The notes under the pieces were generated by a model. That model was not told the origin of the DNA, ran no database searches, and worked only from the letters and a program-made list of their open reading frames with translations. This document shows, piece after piece, positions 52,244 to 64,000 of a stretch of DNA of 64,000 nucleotides. Made by a program: the position numbers and the translations under genes. How positions within the stretch are numbered: position 1 is the first letter of the stretch; each line of letters starts with the position of its first letter. Source of the DNA: Adineta vaga (lineage: Eukaryota > Animalia > Rotifera); contig CP075496.1 in the NCBI GenBank assembly GCA_021613535.1, forward strand, positions 4,774,001 to 4,838,000. The letters are read 5' to 3'.

Positions 52244-53796
52244 TTAAGAAGGTAATAAAAAAGGCATTTGACGATAAAATGTTGCATCGTTCAATGGGAG
52301 ATCAAGTTTCGATCTATTCAATATAAGTTCTTCTAAACATTGATACGCAATTGGATCGGCATTTAAATGAAATTTATTAGCAAATAGTTCATGACGATTA
52401 AATAATGTTGAAAGATCAACTGTACCAAATACACATATACCACGTATGATACGTCCATAACAATTTCGTTCACCCCAATTTACAAATCGAGCTGTCCAAT
52501 TAGTCGGATCAGTTTTAGCTAAACAAAATTTGAATAAGTCATTTTTCTTCGACTTTCAATTGAATATAAAAATGATGAAACTTTTCTCTATAGAGACTTT
52601 TAGTTTTGTTTTACTACTTAATTATTCAATTATACATACCTTTGTAACCTCCCGGAGGATTTAAATGTGTATTATAATTCAATGTTGCCCAATAATGTTC
52701 ATCAGGACTATAAGTATCACGCGACCAATCTAATAATTCTTTAGCTATAGGACTTGTATGAACAAACTCAATGAAAGCTCGTGAAAAAGCACCTAAATCG
52801 AACGAAAAAAAATCTTTTCATTTTAATTAACTTGATTAAGAAAACAAATGACGTACCATATGCTGAACCTTTAACAATTTCCATATTACCCGGTGGTGGC
52901 TTTTTCTTTTCATTTGTTTTTCTCAATTGTGGTACTTGTTCTTGATTTCCTCTAACTGTGTCAATAACTTGCCAAACATATTCTGTTCGATGGGGATTTT
53001 TCGATTTCCATCGTCCTTCAATATCATTATATCCACGATAGATTTTCAAAATTTTAACTAATTCACTATTTGTTTTCAATGGTAATTCGGTGTTAGCAGC
53101 ATTTAATAGATATTTCCATGAGGGATATTTTATTAAATCTTCCATACAATTGATATCAGCTTGTAAACGTGAAAAAGTTGCATATAAAACTTTTTCTTGT
53201 TTACTGGAAAGAATGACATTATTAAAACATTGAATAATTGATTTTACAGCTTGTAAAACAATTGGTAATGCATCTTTATCAACGTGTACACAATAAAAAT
53301 TTTGTGGACGATATAAAACACGTAAGAGACGTTCGAATTGTTCAACATTTTCATACATAAGAATAGAAAAGGCTAAAGGAAATTGTCGATTAATCGATGT
53401 ATCTTCTTGATGAAATTTTTCATTAAACCGTTCTAAACGATAATTTTGACATTGATCTTTTGTTATGTTATAAGATTCATCCGAAATTAGCGATGGATTT
53501 TTTAAATCAGATAGAACTGCTAGAGCATGTTTCAATTCATCCGAATCACTTTCATATAGATTTTGACATGAAATTGGATAATAATAAGGTTGTAAATGTT
53601 TAAAAGGTTTGCTATTTGAAGTTCTTATATGATCGTTTTCATTTGTTGAAATATCTATCGACGGAAATTTAATATCCGTCGAAGTTGTATCATGTCGTTT
53701 CAAAAATGTTAAATGAATAAATTCAAAAATGAAAAATATTGAGAGAAAAAACAAGCAATTGTTTCGAAATAAACGACGATTGATTGTAAACTGCAT
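52244..53796 (-). CDS. Core-2/I-branching beta-1,6-N-acetylglucosaminyltransferase (GT14/GCNT family), 3 exons
   Basis: Type II TM N-terminus, then FPLAFSIL...[39 protein letters not shown] and KGSAY. Later exons contain [13 protein letters not shown] and RGICVFG...LFANKF. Confidence 0.9.
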
Positions 53797-55314
53797 TGGC
53801 CATACTATCAATACGTTCTCTTATCTAAATAGAAAACCCGAAAATAATGAAGATAAAATAGTAACCCTTCATTGCCAATACTTGATTCAAAAGAAAAATA
53901 AGTTCTTTTCTCAGTTATATATATACTCCATGAAAGGCAAACAAATGTCTTTAACATGCTTTCTTTTTCTTCTTTTTTTTTCCTTCTACAGGTGTTCATT
54001 CTCTTCTGACTTCTTTTTCCTTCTCTTCACTCTCTCACTCACCTATTCGATTCTTTCTTTACTATATTCCATGTCTTCTAATTCATCGATCGTTCAACAC
54101 TTTGTCCGATTGAACTCTCGACACAAACAAGCACGTACTCACATACATCAGATTTTGTTTGATCACTTACATCATATAAAACGAAAATACGAACGTCGAT
54201 GTTACAAATACGAAAGCTCTGTCTCATTTTCTTTTCTCGTAGTTTCTACATTAGAATACTTTTATTCTGTTCTTTCTTTTTTTTTTCTTCTCGGTTATGA
54301 GTGCCTCCGAGAAAGAGAGAGCTCTCTTGCTAGACGTGATTTTTCTCAGACTAAAGTAATAGAGAATAAAAATAAACTCTTCTAATTATTTCATTTTCTT
54401 ATCTTTTGTCAATAGAAATTTGCTTCCTGAAAAACAAGACAAAAAAAACTCGAGGATTTCCTGTCTTTCGACATCTATCATGGTTCTCGAAGTATATTTC
54501 ACTCTTCAACATAGAATAATGCTAAAATATCTATCAAAATCATGAAATTTGAGCGCATGATCAATTTCGGTACACAACTGATTAGAAATTGATCAGCTGC
54601 ATATGATTCAACTCAGCAGTAATCTAATATCATCGAGGATACATAGTCGAATGACCTGTTTTTTTCTCGTCATTCCTTTTTCTCGAATAACATTAACATT
54701 GAAAGAAAGGTAAATATATTGATTATATTTGCTATTCATGACACGAATGACGAACGGGGATAAATTTCTTCTTTTCGACGCTGTGTTGTGTGAATTAAAT
54801 ACTCTGACTCTCAAACAATCATATTTGAAATGGAAATATTACTATCGACAGGTTTTGTTATTGTTTGGTAGAAAATATAATCATGTTTGGTAATATTTAT
54901 TGTCACAATTGCTCATGGCAACATTCTCTGTCGTGTTGTATATCAGTGGATCATAACTGCCTTGAAAAATAAAAACAATGATGACAAATTCTTGCATACT
55001 ATTAGTCACTACTGTTGATGGTTTTTTTATGATAAAAATATACATAATATGACTATGTCATTTAAATAGATTCATTCTTCACATTAGTTTCGTTTCGAGA
55101 TATTTTTTTTTTGAGACAAGTATTCAATACTATACCTTCTGCGTATCATGATTATATGTATGGATAAATCAATTTTTTGCTTGAATACTAATATCAATAG
55201 TATAAATTTGACATATATAATCAATTCGATTACAACAGCGAAGAAAGCGATATGAAACAATGGATATTTTAATTGAATTAAATAGTTACTTTGGCGCCTT
55301 TATTTATTGATCGA

Positions 55315-55953
55315 ATGGGTTGTTCTTTATCATCGATGACTAGGCAAAAGAAACGAAACGAGGAAATACTTGTAAATCGTCAATATTTAACTGATGAACA
55401 AATTGAACAATTACTTAAAACGCGATTTGATCGTTCGGAAATCATTGATTGGTATAATGTATTTATTAAAAAATGTGGTGTAGGCAATGATAATAATGCA
55501 TCATTTCTGACTTCACATCTGAATAAATCACTTTTTATCGATTATTTTAATCAGTTACATCCTAATGGAGATGTTACTCGTTTAACAGAAACATTTTTTC
55601 GTACTTACGATCTTAATAATGATGGTAATATTGATTTTATGGAATTTATGCATGCTGTTAGTATTATTCGTCGAGGTGATTTAACTGAAAAACTTTCATT
55701 GATTTTTTCATTACTTGATTTTCAACAACAAGGTTATATTGATCGATTGAAACTAGCGAAAATGATGGAAGCATTATACAATGTGAAAGGAATCGATTAC
55801 AAAGATAGTTATAATGTTTTATTAAGAAAAGTTGATAATCTTATTACAAGATTGGATAAGGATAAAGAAGATGATCGAATTTTAAGATATAAATTTATCG
55901 AAAGTTGTATGAATGATTCGATGTTAAGAGATTTATTCAATGCATACAAATGA
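55315..55953 (+). CDS. Neuronal calcium sensor/recoverin-family EF-hand protein, intronless, N-myristoylation motif
   Basis: Starts MGCSLSS and contains TRFDRSEIIDWY..F and FRTYDLNNDGNIDFMEF...RGDLTEKL, typical of the NCS fold. Confidence 0.8.
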   Translation: MGCSLSSMTRQKKRNEEILVNRQYLTDEQIEQLLKTRFDRSEIIDWYNVFIKKCGVGNDNNASFLTSHLNKSLFIDYFNQLHPNGDVTRLTETFFRTYDLNNDGNIDFMEFMHAVSIIRRGDLTEKLSLIFSLLDFQQQGYIDRLKLAKMMEALYNVKGIDYKDSYNVLLRKVDNLITRLDKDKEDDRILRYKFIESCMNDSMLRDLFNAYK

Positions 55954-55974
55954 AAAAGTTTTCAAATGGTTTAT

Positions 55975-56990
55975 CTTGTTAGTAAATTTCCATAGGCTTC
56001 ATTCTTCTTTGTATACAGTTGATGGTAGAACAAAAAGAATAAGCGTAAGTGTAGATGGAATCAATGATATAAAATATCTTGAAAGAAATAACCATGGATT
56101 ACTCGTTGGGATCATACAATTTGTAAGATATGGAATTCGTTGTTGAGCTTTTATTAGAATAATTACACTCGCTAGAACTAGGTTAATAATAAATGGAAGA
56201 ATTGAATGAAATTTTCATCATCTTTATTTTCTTCATATAAACTTCGATGTATCGGATCATGAATATATTTTGTAATCGATTGAATTTTTTTTCTGATTAA
56301 AATTCACTTCTTCTATCGCTATAAATATTCTTTCAATTGATACAAATGCAGTTAACCATTGAATCATAATCGATGAAGTTAAAAGATAAAGCCCTGTGAA
56401 TCTAGAGAAAGTCGACAAGTCCGATTATTAGATAATATAATTGTTTTACCGTCATTAGGCATAACAAATATAAGTAGGTTCGAGTGGATGACGCAGTTTT
56501 ACAAAAAGTGAACAATTTGTCAATGTTGGTGGTAATGAAGCTGACGTTTGAATGATACATTTCAAAGCTTTCCAATATCCATTATGTATTTCATTCGGTG
56601 TTATTGAGAACATTGCTTTCGATAAAAGTATTTCGCATTCAGATTGGAAGGAAATGGTAAGAGTAGTTTGACTAACTTCACGCATGTTATAGAACTTTCT
56701 GCATGAAACATCTTCGAATTTAAATATGGACTCGTTCGTAACAAATTGAAAGTGTTCCAAATAAGTAAAATTTCGATGATTTTCATCCAATTGATTCAGA
56801 TAATCAGAAGAAAACGGCCTATGGAATACAAATGGTATAGGTATGCATTTACCATTAGAACATTTAAATTCATTCTCTTTAAATTGATGCATATCAAGTT
56901 ACCAACAATCTTTTTCATCTATTTCATCATAAATTTCCATTTAATCAAGACATGCTGGTGATAGTCCACGATCACATTCTAAATGAGTAT
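55975..56990 (-). pseudogene. Decayed fragments of an LDLa-containing / 7TM receptor gene
   Basis: An LDLa-like ENEFKCSNGKCIP is present. Downstream minus-strand pieces read IMIQWLTAFVSIERIF, IHDPIHR and PWLFLSRYFISLIPSTLTLILFVLPSTVYKEE*, broken by stops and frame changes. Confidence 0.6.
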
Positions 56991-57491
56991 AACAAATAAA
57001 TTCGGTTGGTTTATATCGATTAAAAAGATAACAATAATCATAAAAGATTTTAACATATTTGAAGAGTTATAATAGAAAAATGGTTACAGATTATCACAGC
57101 AGACGATAGTCAATATATATATATCAATAAAGGATAGATCGATTTAGATTTGAACGTAAAAACTATATCTTCAACAGTTGATATTGGCAACCAAGTTTTA
57201 TTTTGAAACATTCAAAATGCAAACATATGAACATAATTGTTTACATTTGAAATTTCACTTCAAGTAAATAGAACTATAATCTATCGATCAGAAGATATAG
57301 ATGAATATAGAATATAAAGTTCATTTTCTCTATTCGTATCTAACAGCTAACACCCTCTGTAAAATTGGAACAGATACTAACACTAATCATAGACGAATCG
57401 ATATCGAATAAGAATTTTCAAAAGGAAACTTTTCTATTGTAAATTTATTTCTTCTTTATAGTGCAATCCAATGTCAATATAGGTATCATAT

Positions 57492-59393
57492 ATGTCTTTC
57501 TTTCGTTCATTTACTACAAATAATAAAGGTTGAGTTTATTAACTATTGAATGCACATTTTCTCTTATTCTTTTCATTTTTTTACAGAAGAAACGACAACT
57601 ATTCGTAAAACTCATTCAAGAATTTCTGCGAATATCCAACAATGGTCATACTATCGTGATCTCGCTATTCAATCTAGTACAAAAAAATAATCAATTTCAT
57701 TTCTCTTCTCTTATAAAATCTTTAGGCCATTGTGCAATTTCATCTGAACTTGCTTCACTTCGTTATTCTCGTCTGGAACGTTCTCTTTATAATCTTATTT
57801 ACACGCCCAATGACGAATTAGATCAATTTATTCTCTATCTAGAATCCTGTTCTATATCATCTTATATACAATTTATCTTCGAAGTGAATACATTCGAGAA
57901 AATAATCCGAGAAAATACAACAACTGACGATCAACAAACAATTGCATTAACATTATTTCATAAGTATTTATCTATCGATGCAAAATATCTTCTTCCAATT
58001 AATGATGAAATACGACGAACAACTTTATGTACATTGTAATGTTCATCATGATTTGAATAAGAGTTTTCAATTTTTCTAGTATTGATATGTCCGTCAGATG
58101 AAAGTACTCAGCCGGATTCGGAATGTTTTCACACTGCACGAGAATATATTTGGCAATTGATTGAGGAGAGGTTTCTATATCACCATTATCGATTCGATAT
58201 GATGAATTGTTTGTTCTATTATAGAGTGTATCAAACTTATTTACAAAGTCAATTTCATATTAAATATCAGTTGAAGATTTTAAAAAGTAGTCAATTACAA
58301 TTACATGATTTTCTTTATCATAGTGAAGCTTTAACATATTTCGTGAAAGTAAGAGAAGAATTGATTTGTGTTATAAGATAAGAATTAGAGATATTCATCA
58401 GTTTGCCGAAGACGACAAATTTACGGATCTTATTCAATTTTGGATTGATGTTGAACAATTTTATCATAATATATCAAATAGAGAACTAGACAATTCCATA
58501 CTGATTGAAAATGCTTTATCAATTTATGATCAGTAAGTAGAAAAATTTTGAATATTTCCAAAAGAAAAACATGAATAACTACGTATATTATAGATATATT
58601 TCCATGCAGGCACCTTATCACTTAGGTTTCGATGATGCTATTCGAACAAAAATTGAATGTAGCATTTGTCAACCAGATTTAAATATTGGTCCATCGATTG
58701 ATACATTTGATCAAGCTGTTTGGATGATTTATACTATATTACAACGAGTAACTTATTTTACTAATTAAAACTTTATATCTTATTTGTTTATTTCAAAAGG
58801 AATATTTTCCTCAGTTTTTACTAAACATCCACTTTTATCGATATATGTCTGATCTAACAACTAAACTACGACATCATGATTCTAATGTTGATTTGCAACA
58901 AAGGAAATCAATTGAGTTCGGTAACATGATTTATTCTTTCATTTTACAAAATAATCATTTATTTTGATAGATACTATATCCAATGAGTTAGAAAACATTG
59001 AACAAAGAGATATTAGTCATGATATCGAGGTACAATCTAAAGGGTAAAAATCATACAGATTAAGATGATATTAACTGTTCTATAATAATCTTTATAGAAG
59101 ATTATCTATGGGTTATATCGATTCATTAGGACGTTTTATTCGGGATCCGGCTGTTGATTCTACTGATTCATCTCCGTCATTCAGTCGTAAAATATATTCA
59201 AAACCATTACAATTTCTTACACAATTCGTTCGTAATGAACAAGATACGATGGTTAACTTTGATTTGTCATTTTTTTAAAAATATTATCATTAAATCTTTG
59301 TTTTAGATTAGAGAAGAAGTTGCAGCAGCACGATTTGCAGAAACATTTATTAATGAAATAACCAATCGTAGTATTAACATAGACACTGAATAG
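57492..59393 (+). CDS. AKAP10: A-kinase anchor protein 10 (D-AKAP2)-like, tandem RGS domains
   Basis: Starts MSFFR. RGS1 reads FHKYLSIDAKYLLPINDEIR and RGS2 reads QFWIDVEQF...YISMQAPYHLGFDDAIRTKIECSIC. Also present are LSMGYIDSLGRF and a C-terminal amphipathic helix AAARFAETFINEI. Confidence 0.85.
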
Positions 59394-59452
59394 ATTATTT
59401 TCCTCTTTAAAATTCATATTTTTTTAAATTTTCTTTTCACACGTTCTAGATC

Positions 59453-61382
59453 ATGATTTCTACAAATCAACTTTTAAGAGATGAAGTTTTACCATTATTA
59501 ACATCTTGTCAACATGTATCAACATTACCTTCATATGATCATGTAACAGAACTCAATTTATCAAATTTACAATTAACTGAAATCGATACATTTCCGTTCG
59601 AGCAATTTCCTAATCTTCATTCTCTTAATTTATCAAATAATCAACTAATATCCATTAATCTTGATTGGACTAAATCATCGACAAACACCATTGAGTATCT
59701 CAATTTAAGTTCTAATAAATTAGAAACACTTTTATTTCTTAAAGATTTTAAATATTTAAAAACATTGAATATTACCAATAATTTACTTCGAAATAATGAA
59801 AGATTTCTAGTATTAGATATTTGTCCAACTATTGAACATTTAATCGATTATAATGATGAACAAATTCATACTGATCAAATGAAATTCAATCAATTACTTT
59901 CGATTATAGAATCGATTTCCTATTCAACAAAATCGTTTCCAGTTGATTATAATCATTTTCGTCAAACAATGATCAATCAAATTGAAACATATGAAATCTA
60001 TTCAAACTTTTCTTCATCACCGTTAGGAAATCATTTCATAGAAAAAAGATTTAATAGAATTTCTTCAAAATCCAAACCAAATTTTGAAACACCTTTAACT
60101 AATGATTTCAATCTTTCGATGAATATAACAAGAGATAATTCAAAAAGTCTTTTTCAACCAATGAAATTTCTTCGTGCACATCATCAATCAAATGTGGAAT
60201 TAACTACGATGTCTGTTTATATGTGTGCATTTGAACCCAATACATCAAATCATATTTTAGTGACTTGTGGTGGTTGCAAAGTATGTTTTATTAATTGTGA
60301 AACGTGTGAAATTACACATCTATTTGAAGTTAATTCATTATCTTCTTCTTCGATGATATCGACAAGTAGTCGAAAAATGAAAGAGAAAAAGAAATTACTA
60401 AAGAATGAACATTTTTCATGTTTATGTTGGATAGAAATCACTAATTCGAACGAAAATCAATTGAAAATAGTAGCTGTTGGATCAACAAATGGTTCGATTT
60501 ATCTTCTATTACCAGAATGGAAACTAATGTTTGCACACATTGAATTACCTGTAAATATTTGAAATCTAAATATTTTCAAAAAAAATGATTCATTATTCTT
60601 AGGATTCGTCAATCAGTTGTTTAACATGGCATTCGAATGATCCATATGTATTAGTCATTGGTTCGTATCATACTGTACGTTTTATTAATATACGATCCTA
60701 TATCGATCGTGTACAAACATTTATTCGTAAACAAAATAAACCTACGGTACAATTTGATTATGTCGATTCATCGATGTTTATCAATAAAGTTTGTACAACA
60801 CATATTTATAATCTTTATGAAGGTGCTGGTCCACTTATTACTATAACTGATTTACTATTTTATCCATTAGCAATCGATCATACTGTTCTTCTTGTTGCTA
60901 CAACTGCAGGTCTTTTTCTCATTAAATATCAAGAAAAACAATGTCAATCACCAATACAACTTGTATTACCTAAGTCAATTTGGATAATGAGTGAACATAT
61001 TGTATCACTTCGTTTAATTAATCATTCATTTCGTTTAATTGCTATGAATATACTTAATCTTGATCAAATCTATTGTTTCAATCTTGAACAAACACTTGAA
61101 AATCAACAAATACATATTCATCTTTCATTTCCAAATCCTTATCCACAAAGTGCAACAAAACTCACAATCGTTTCGAAATCTGACAAATTATCTGAATGTA
61201 TTATTAGTAGTCATCAAGGTACATTTTATTACCATTCGATTGAATCGAACCCATCAATTTCTATGGATCAACAAGTGAAAATTTTTACTCTTCCAAATAT
61301 TTTATCAGCTACTCTTAATGAACATTATCTTTGTCTAACAACAAATACAAATCTTATCTGTATATATAAACGAGAATATTAA
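59453..61382 (+). CDS. LRWD1: LRR and WD40 protein LRWD1/ORCA-like (2 exons)
   Basis: N-terminal LRRs include LNLSNLQL and LNLSNNQL. The WD40 entry FQPMKFLRAH...VYMCAFEP...LVTCGGCKVCFINCET and EHFSCLCW match the LRWD1 pattern. The intron is 60551-60602. Confidence 0.82.
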
Positions 61383-61464
61383 TATTTATTTCAATGTAAC
61401 TTATTTTTCTCAGACAGAACAACACATAGAAGCTAAATAAATATATAAAATCTCTTTTTCATCT

Positions 61465-63484
61465 TTAAACAAATAAAGATGTACGACTAGAATTTTGTCT
61501 ATCTTTAAAACGTTGTACCGCATGATGACCTTGGGCGAAGGTTTCAAACATGCCTGCCAATTTTGATGCATATTTACGGTCATTTTCAAGCATAACATTT
61601 CGATGATGTAAAGCTTGAGATAATGAAATAATCATAAGAAGATGATATAAAAGAAAAAAGGTTGTAAATAATCCAAAAACATAATTATCAATCGATTTTG
61701 ATATGTTTAATTGTTGTATAAGATAACCAATCATTGAATGCCAAATTGAATTTAACGAAATAAAAACTAAGGATACAAGTGTATATTTATCTAATAAGGT
61801 TAAATAAGAGACAGGTGGAAGAAGACGTGAAACCGACCATCGAAACATGATAGAAGTAAGTAAAAGTGTACCTAAATTAGAAAATGATGATTATCTGAAC
61901 GAAAAAGAAACATGAACGAACAAGTGATTTGAAGACGATTTTGAGGAAATTCAGGAGCAACACCATAGACAGTAAGAGCAATTAATGTAATGAGAAATAT
62001 AAGTAAATAAACATTCCAATAGAAATAACCAGGTCGTCGAGCGACATAACATGTAACTAAATAACGAAAGATATATGTGAAAACAAAAGAAAAAAACAAA
62101 TATACCTAAATATGTTGATTGGCGAATAGGTCGAAAACTGAAATCTTCTGTTGTTATTGTTGAACGTGTTTCAATATGTTCATAAAGAAACCATTCTTGT
62201 TGTGCTAAACAAATCAATCCAGATATATTTACTAGTATAACTTTCCTTCTTTTCGAAATACCTAGAAAAGCTTCACGATTGACAATCGATGGTTGAAAAC
62301 GATTCTCAACAAGAATACATTCATCCGTTGGACGACTCGCTACAATTTGTAATGAAAGCTGTTGAACATCAGCTGGAAAACTATTCAATTCAAGTTTTTC
62401 CCAAAATGTTCCATTAATTTTACGTATTTCCCATACATAAATCATATCATGATTTTTACTATCTGGTTTAACTGGTTCATCTAAATGATCGACTAATTCT
62501 GAAATAATCTCTTCTTTAACATCGCCAAGTGCATTTTTAATATAAAGATTTGGATTCCAAGATGCTGCTGTTGGATCATATAACCATCGTGCTTCAATAA
62601 CAACTTCAGCATAGAATTTTTCTTGTAATGTAATAACCTTTTATTTCAATGAATAGAAATCAAAGAATGAGATTGTTTTGTAAGAGAACTTACTTCGCCA
62701 AGACGAATAAATTTCACACGAAGTGATACTTCACGTGGTGGTTTTATATTCGATGGACTTCTCATTAATCCTGAATGAATATCATTTGATGATCGTTGCA
62801 TTTGAATACGTTGATGATTTGTAGATGTAGATGTTATAGCTAAAAACAAACAGAGCATGAAAGTATTCACATGCAAAATTCTCATCGACATGAATGAATA
62901 TAATCTGATAATTCAAAAATCTTAACAAGTCATTAATCATGCAAATTTTATATCAATAGTTGATGATTGTCGGTGATCTTCAATAATTAATGATGATAAT
63001 CTCCGGTAGTTTCGAATGATTTTCATATCTCGAATGATTTCCGATGATTTTCTATAACGAGAGTATAGGTACTTTTTCTCTTGCAGAAATTCATATAAGA
63101 CTAACTCTTTTGATCATATATTTTCTAAGGTCAAAATCGTATTTATTCTAATAAGAAATACTTTGCATGACTTACTATTTGTAGATACCATGAAAGGTTA
63201 TTATTATCATATCTTTCTAATCAAATGTAGATCATTCAAAACAAAACACATGAATATCGAACAAAGATTCATTTTCTAATACGATAATCGTACATACGTA
63301 ATGATGAAGCAATACATTTTTCACTTGAAGATAATTCTGGTATAGTTGAATAATGAATAGATGCACGTTGAACACCACCAATAGTTGTGGCACGTCTATT
63401 TGTTATTAGTAAGTGTTTTGCTAAATCATGAGTATCATGAATTGTTGATTCTAAATTTGAATCAGATTGTCTTTGACTCGGCAT
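61465..63484 (-). CDS. Pentameric ligand-gated ion channel subunit, Cys-less (Pro-loop) type
   Basis: The ECD has loop A WNPNLYIKN, Pro-loop WEKLELNSFPADVQ without cysteines, and pre-M1 RRPGYFYWN. M2-M3 reads RLQITCTLLLTSIMFRWSVSRLLPPVSYLTLLDKY, followed by a short M3-M4 loop and M4. Confidence 0.88.
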
Positions 63485-64000
63485 AATCTAAAATCAAAAT
63501 AGAACATTTCATTTTCTAGAACAACATATATTTTACTTGGAGAATAATGTATATCTAGTAGGAATAATAACCTTGATTATAAATAGCAATGGTGCGATCA
63601 GCTTTTTAGCATTTAATAATTACATATATCTACATTGATAAATATATTCGAAAAGATTTGTTATTTCCTCTTAATTGTATGCTTCTATAGTTTTGTTTAT
63701 ACAACACTGAAAGAAGCACCAGATAAGAATAAGAAATAGGATGGGAAACGAAGTAAGACAGATAACGCCCAATGAGAATGAAACTTACTGATTTCTACTA
63801 GAACAAGAAAAAAAAACGATAATAAACAGTCTGTTCTCTTTTCTTTCAGTCATTTCTTAATAATAACTATTGAGCACGTAATAATCTGTACTTTGCCAAA
63901 GAAGATTTTACAACGTCCCTCCAGACTAGAAAATGATGACGATAAGGTACCAATTGAGTGAGACAATGAACTTCCATTATAGTGGAAACTCTATATATAA

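Noticed and set aside
53729-54385. 218-aa ORF on + strand
   Set aside because: It is antisense to the GCNT start and 5' region, low-complexity F/S/L-rich from pyrimidine tracts, and has no domain.
57092-57112. TATCACAGC, a miR-2-like seed
   Set aside because: No hairpin partner. A seed-length match is expected by chance.
1-64000. CRISPR arrays, tRNA/rRNA genes, SL RNA gene, telomeric repeats, intact transposons
   Set aside because: None were recognised by eye. An Infernal/tRNAscan/RepeatMasker run would be needed to exclude divergent copies.

Overview
AT-rich, gene-dense eukaryotic DNA with many short (mostly ~50-70 nt) GT-AG introns. The intron size, codon style and lineage-type GPCRs suggest a bdelloid rotifer (inference, not proven). 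I reconstructed about 21 spliced protein-coding genes by hand: an ACK-family tyrosine kinase running off the left edge, USP35/38, a secreted EGF-like/mucin protein, a small orphan, BARD1, hnRNP A/B, PHAF1, DHRS1, WDR82, a 7TM receptor, Snail, an orphan 2-TM protein, a formin, MNAT1, TRMT5, a deoxynucleoside kinase, a GCNT-type glycosyltransferase, an NCS EF-hand protein, AKAP10, LRWD1 and a Cys-less pentameric ligand-gated channel. There is also a decayed LDLa/7TM pseudogene. The most notable signals are: (1) co-oriented housekeeping genes only 59-72 nt apart, each with an apparently unpaired 3' splice acceptor just before the downstream ATG, which are candidate SL-trans-spliced operons; (2) a Diaphanous-type formin whose GBD/DID region is replaced by two DEP-like repeats and LC8-type TQT motifs, with an optional degenerate DAD exon; (3) a BARD1 whose RING keeps only one of its two zinc sites; (4) a Snail with no N-terminal SNAG but an internal eh1-like motif; (5) a Pro-loop channel with no Cys-loop cysteines and no signal peptide. 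Exon boundaries were read by eye and need RNA-seq confirmation. I recognised no rRNA, tRNA, CRISPR array or intact transposon.
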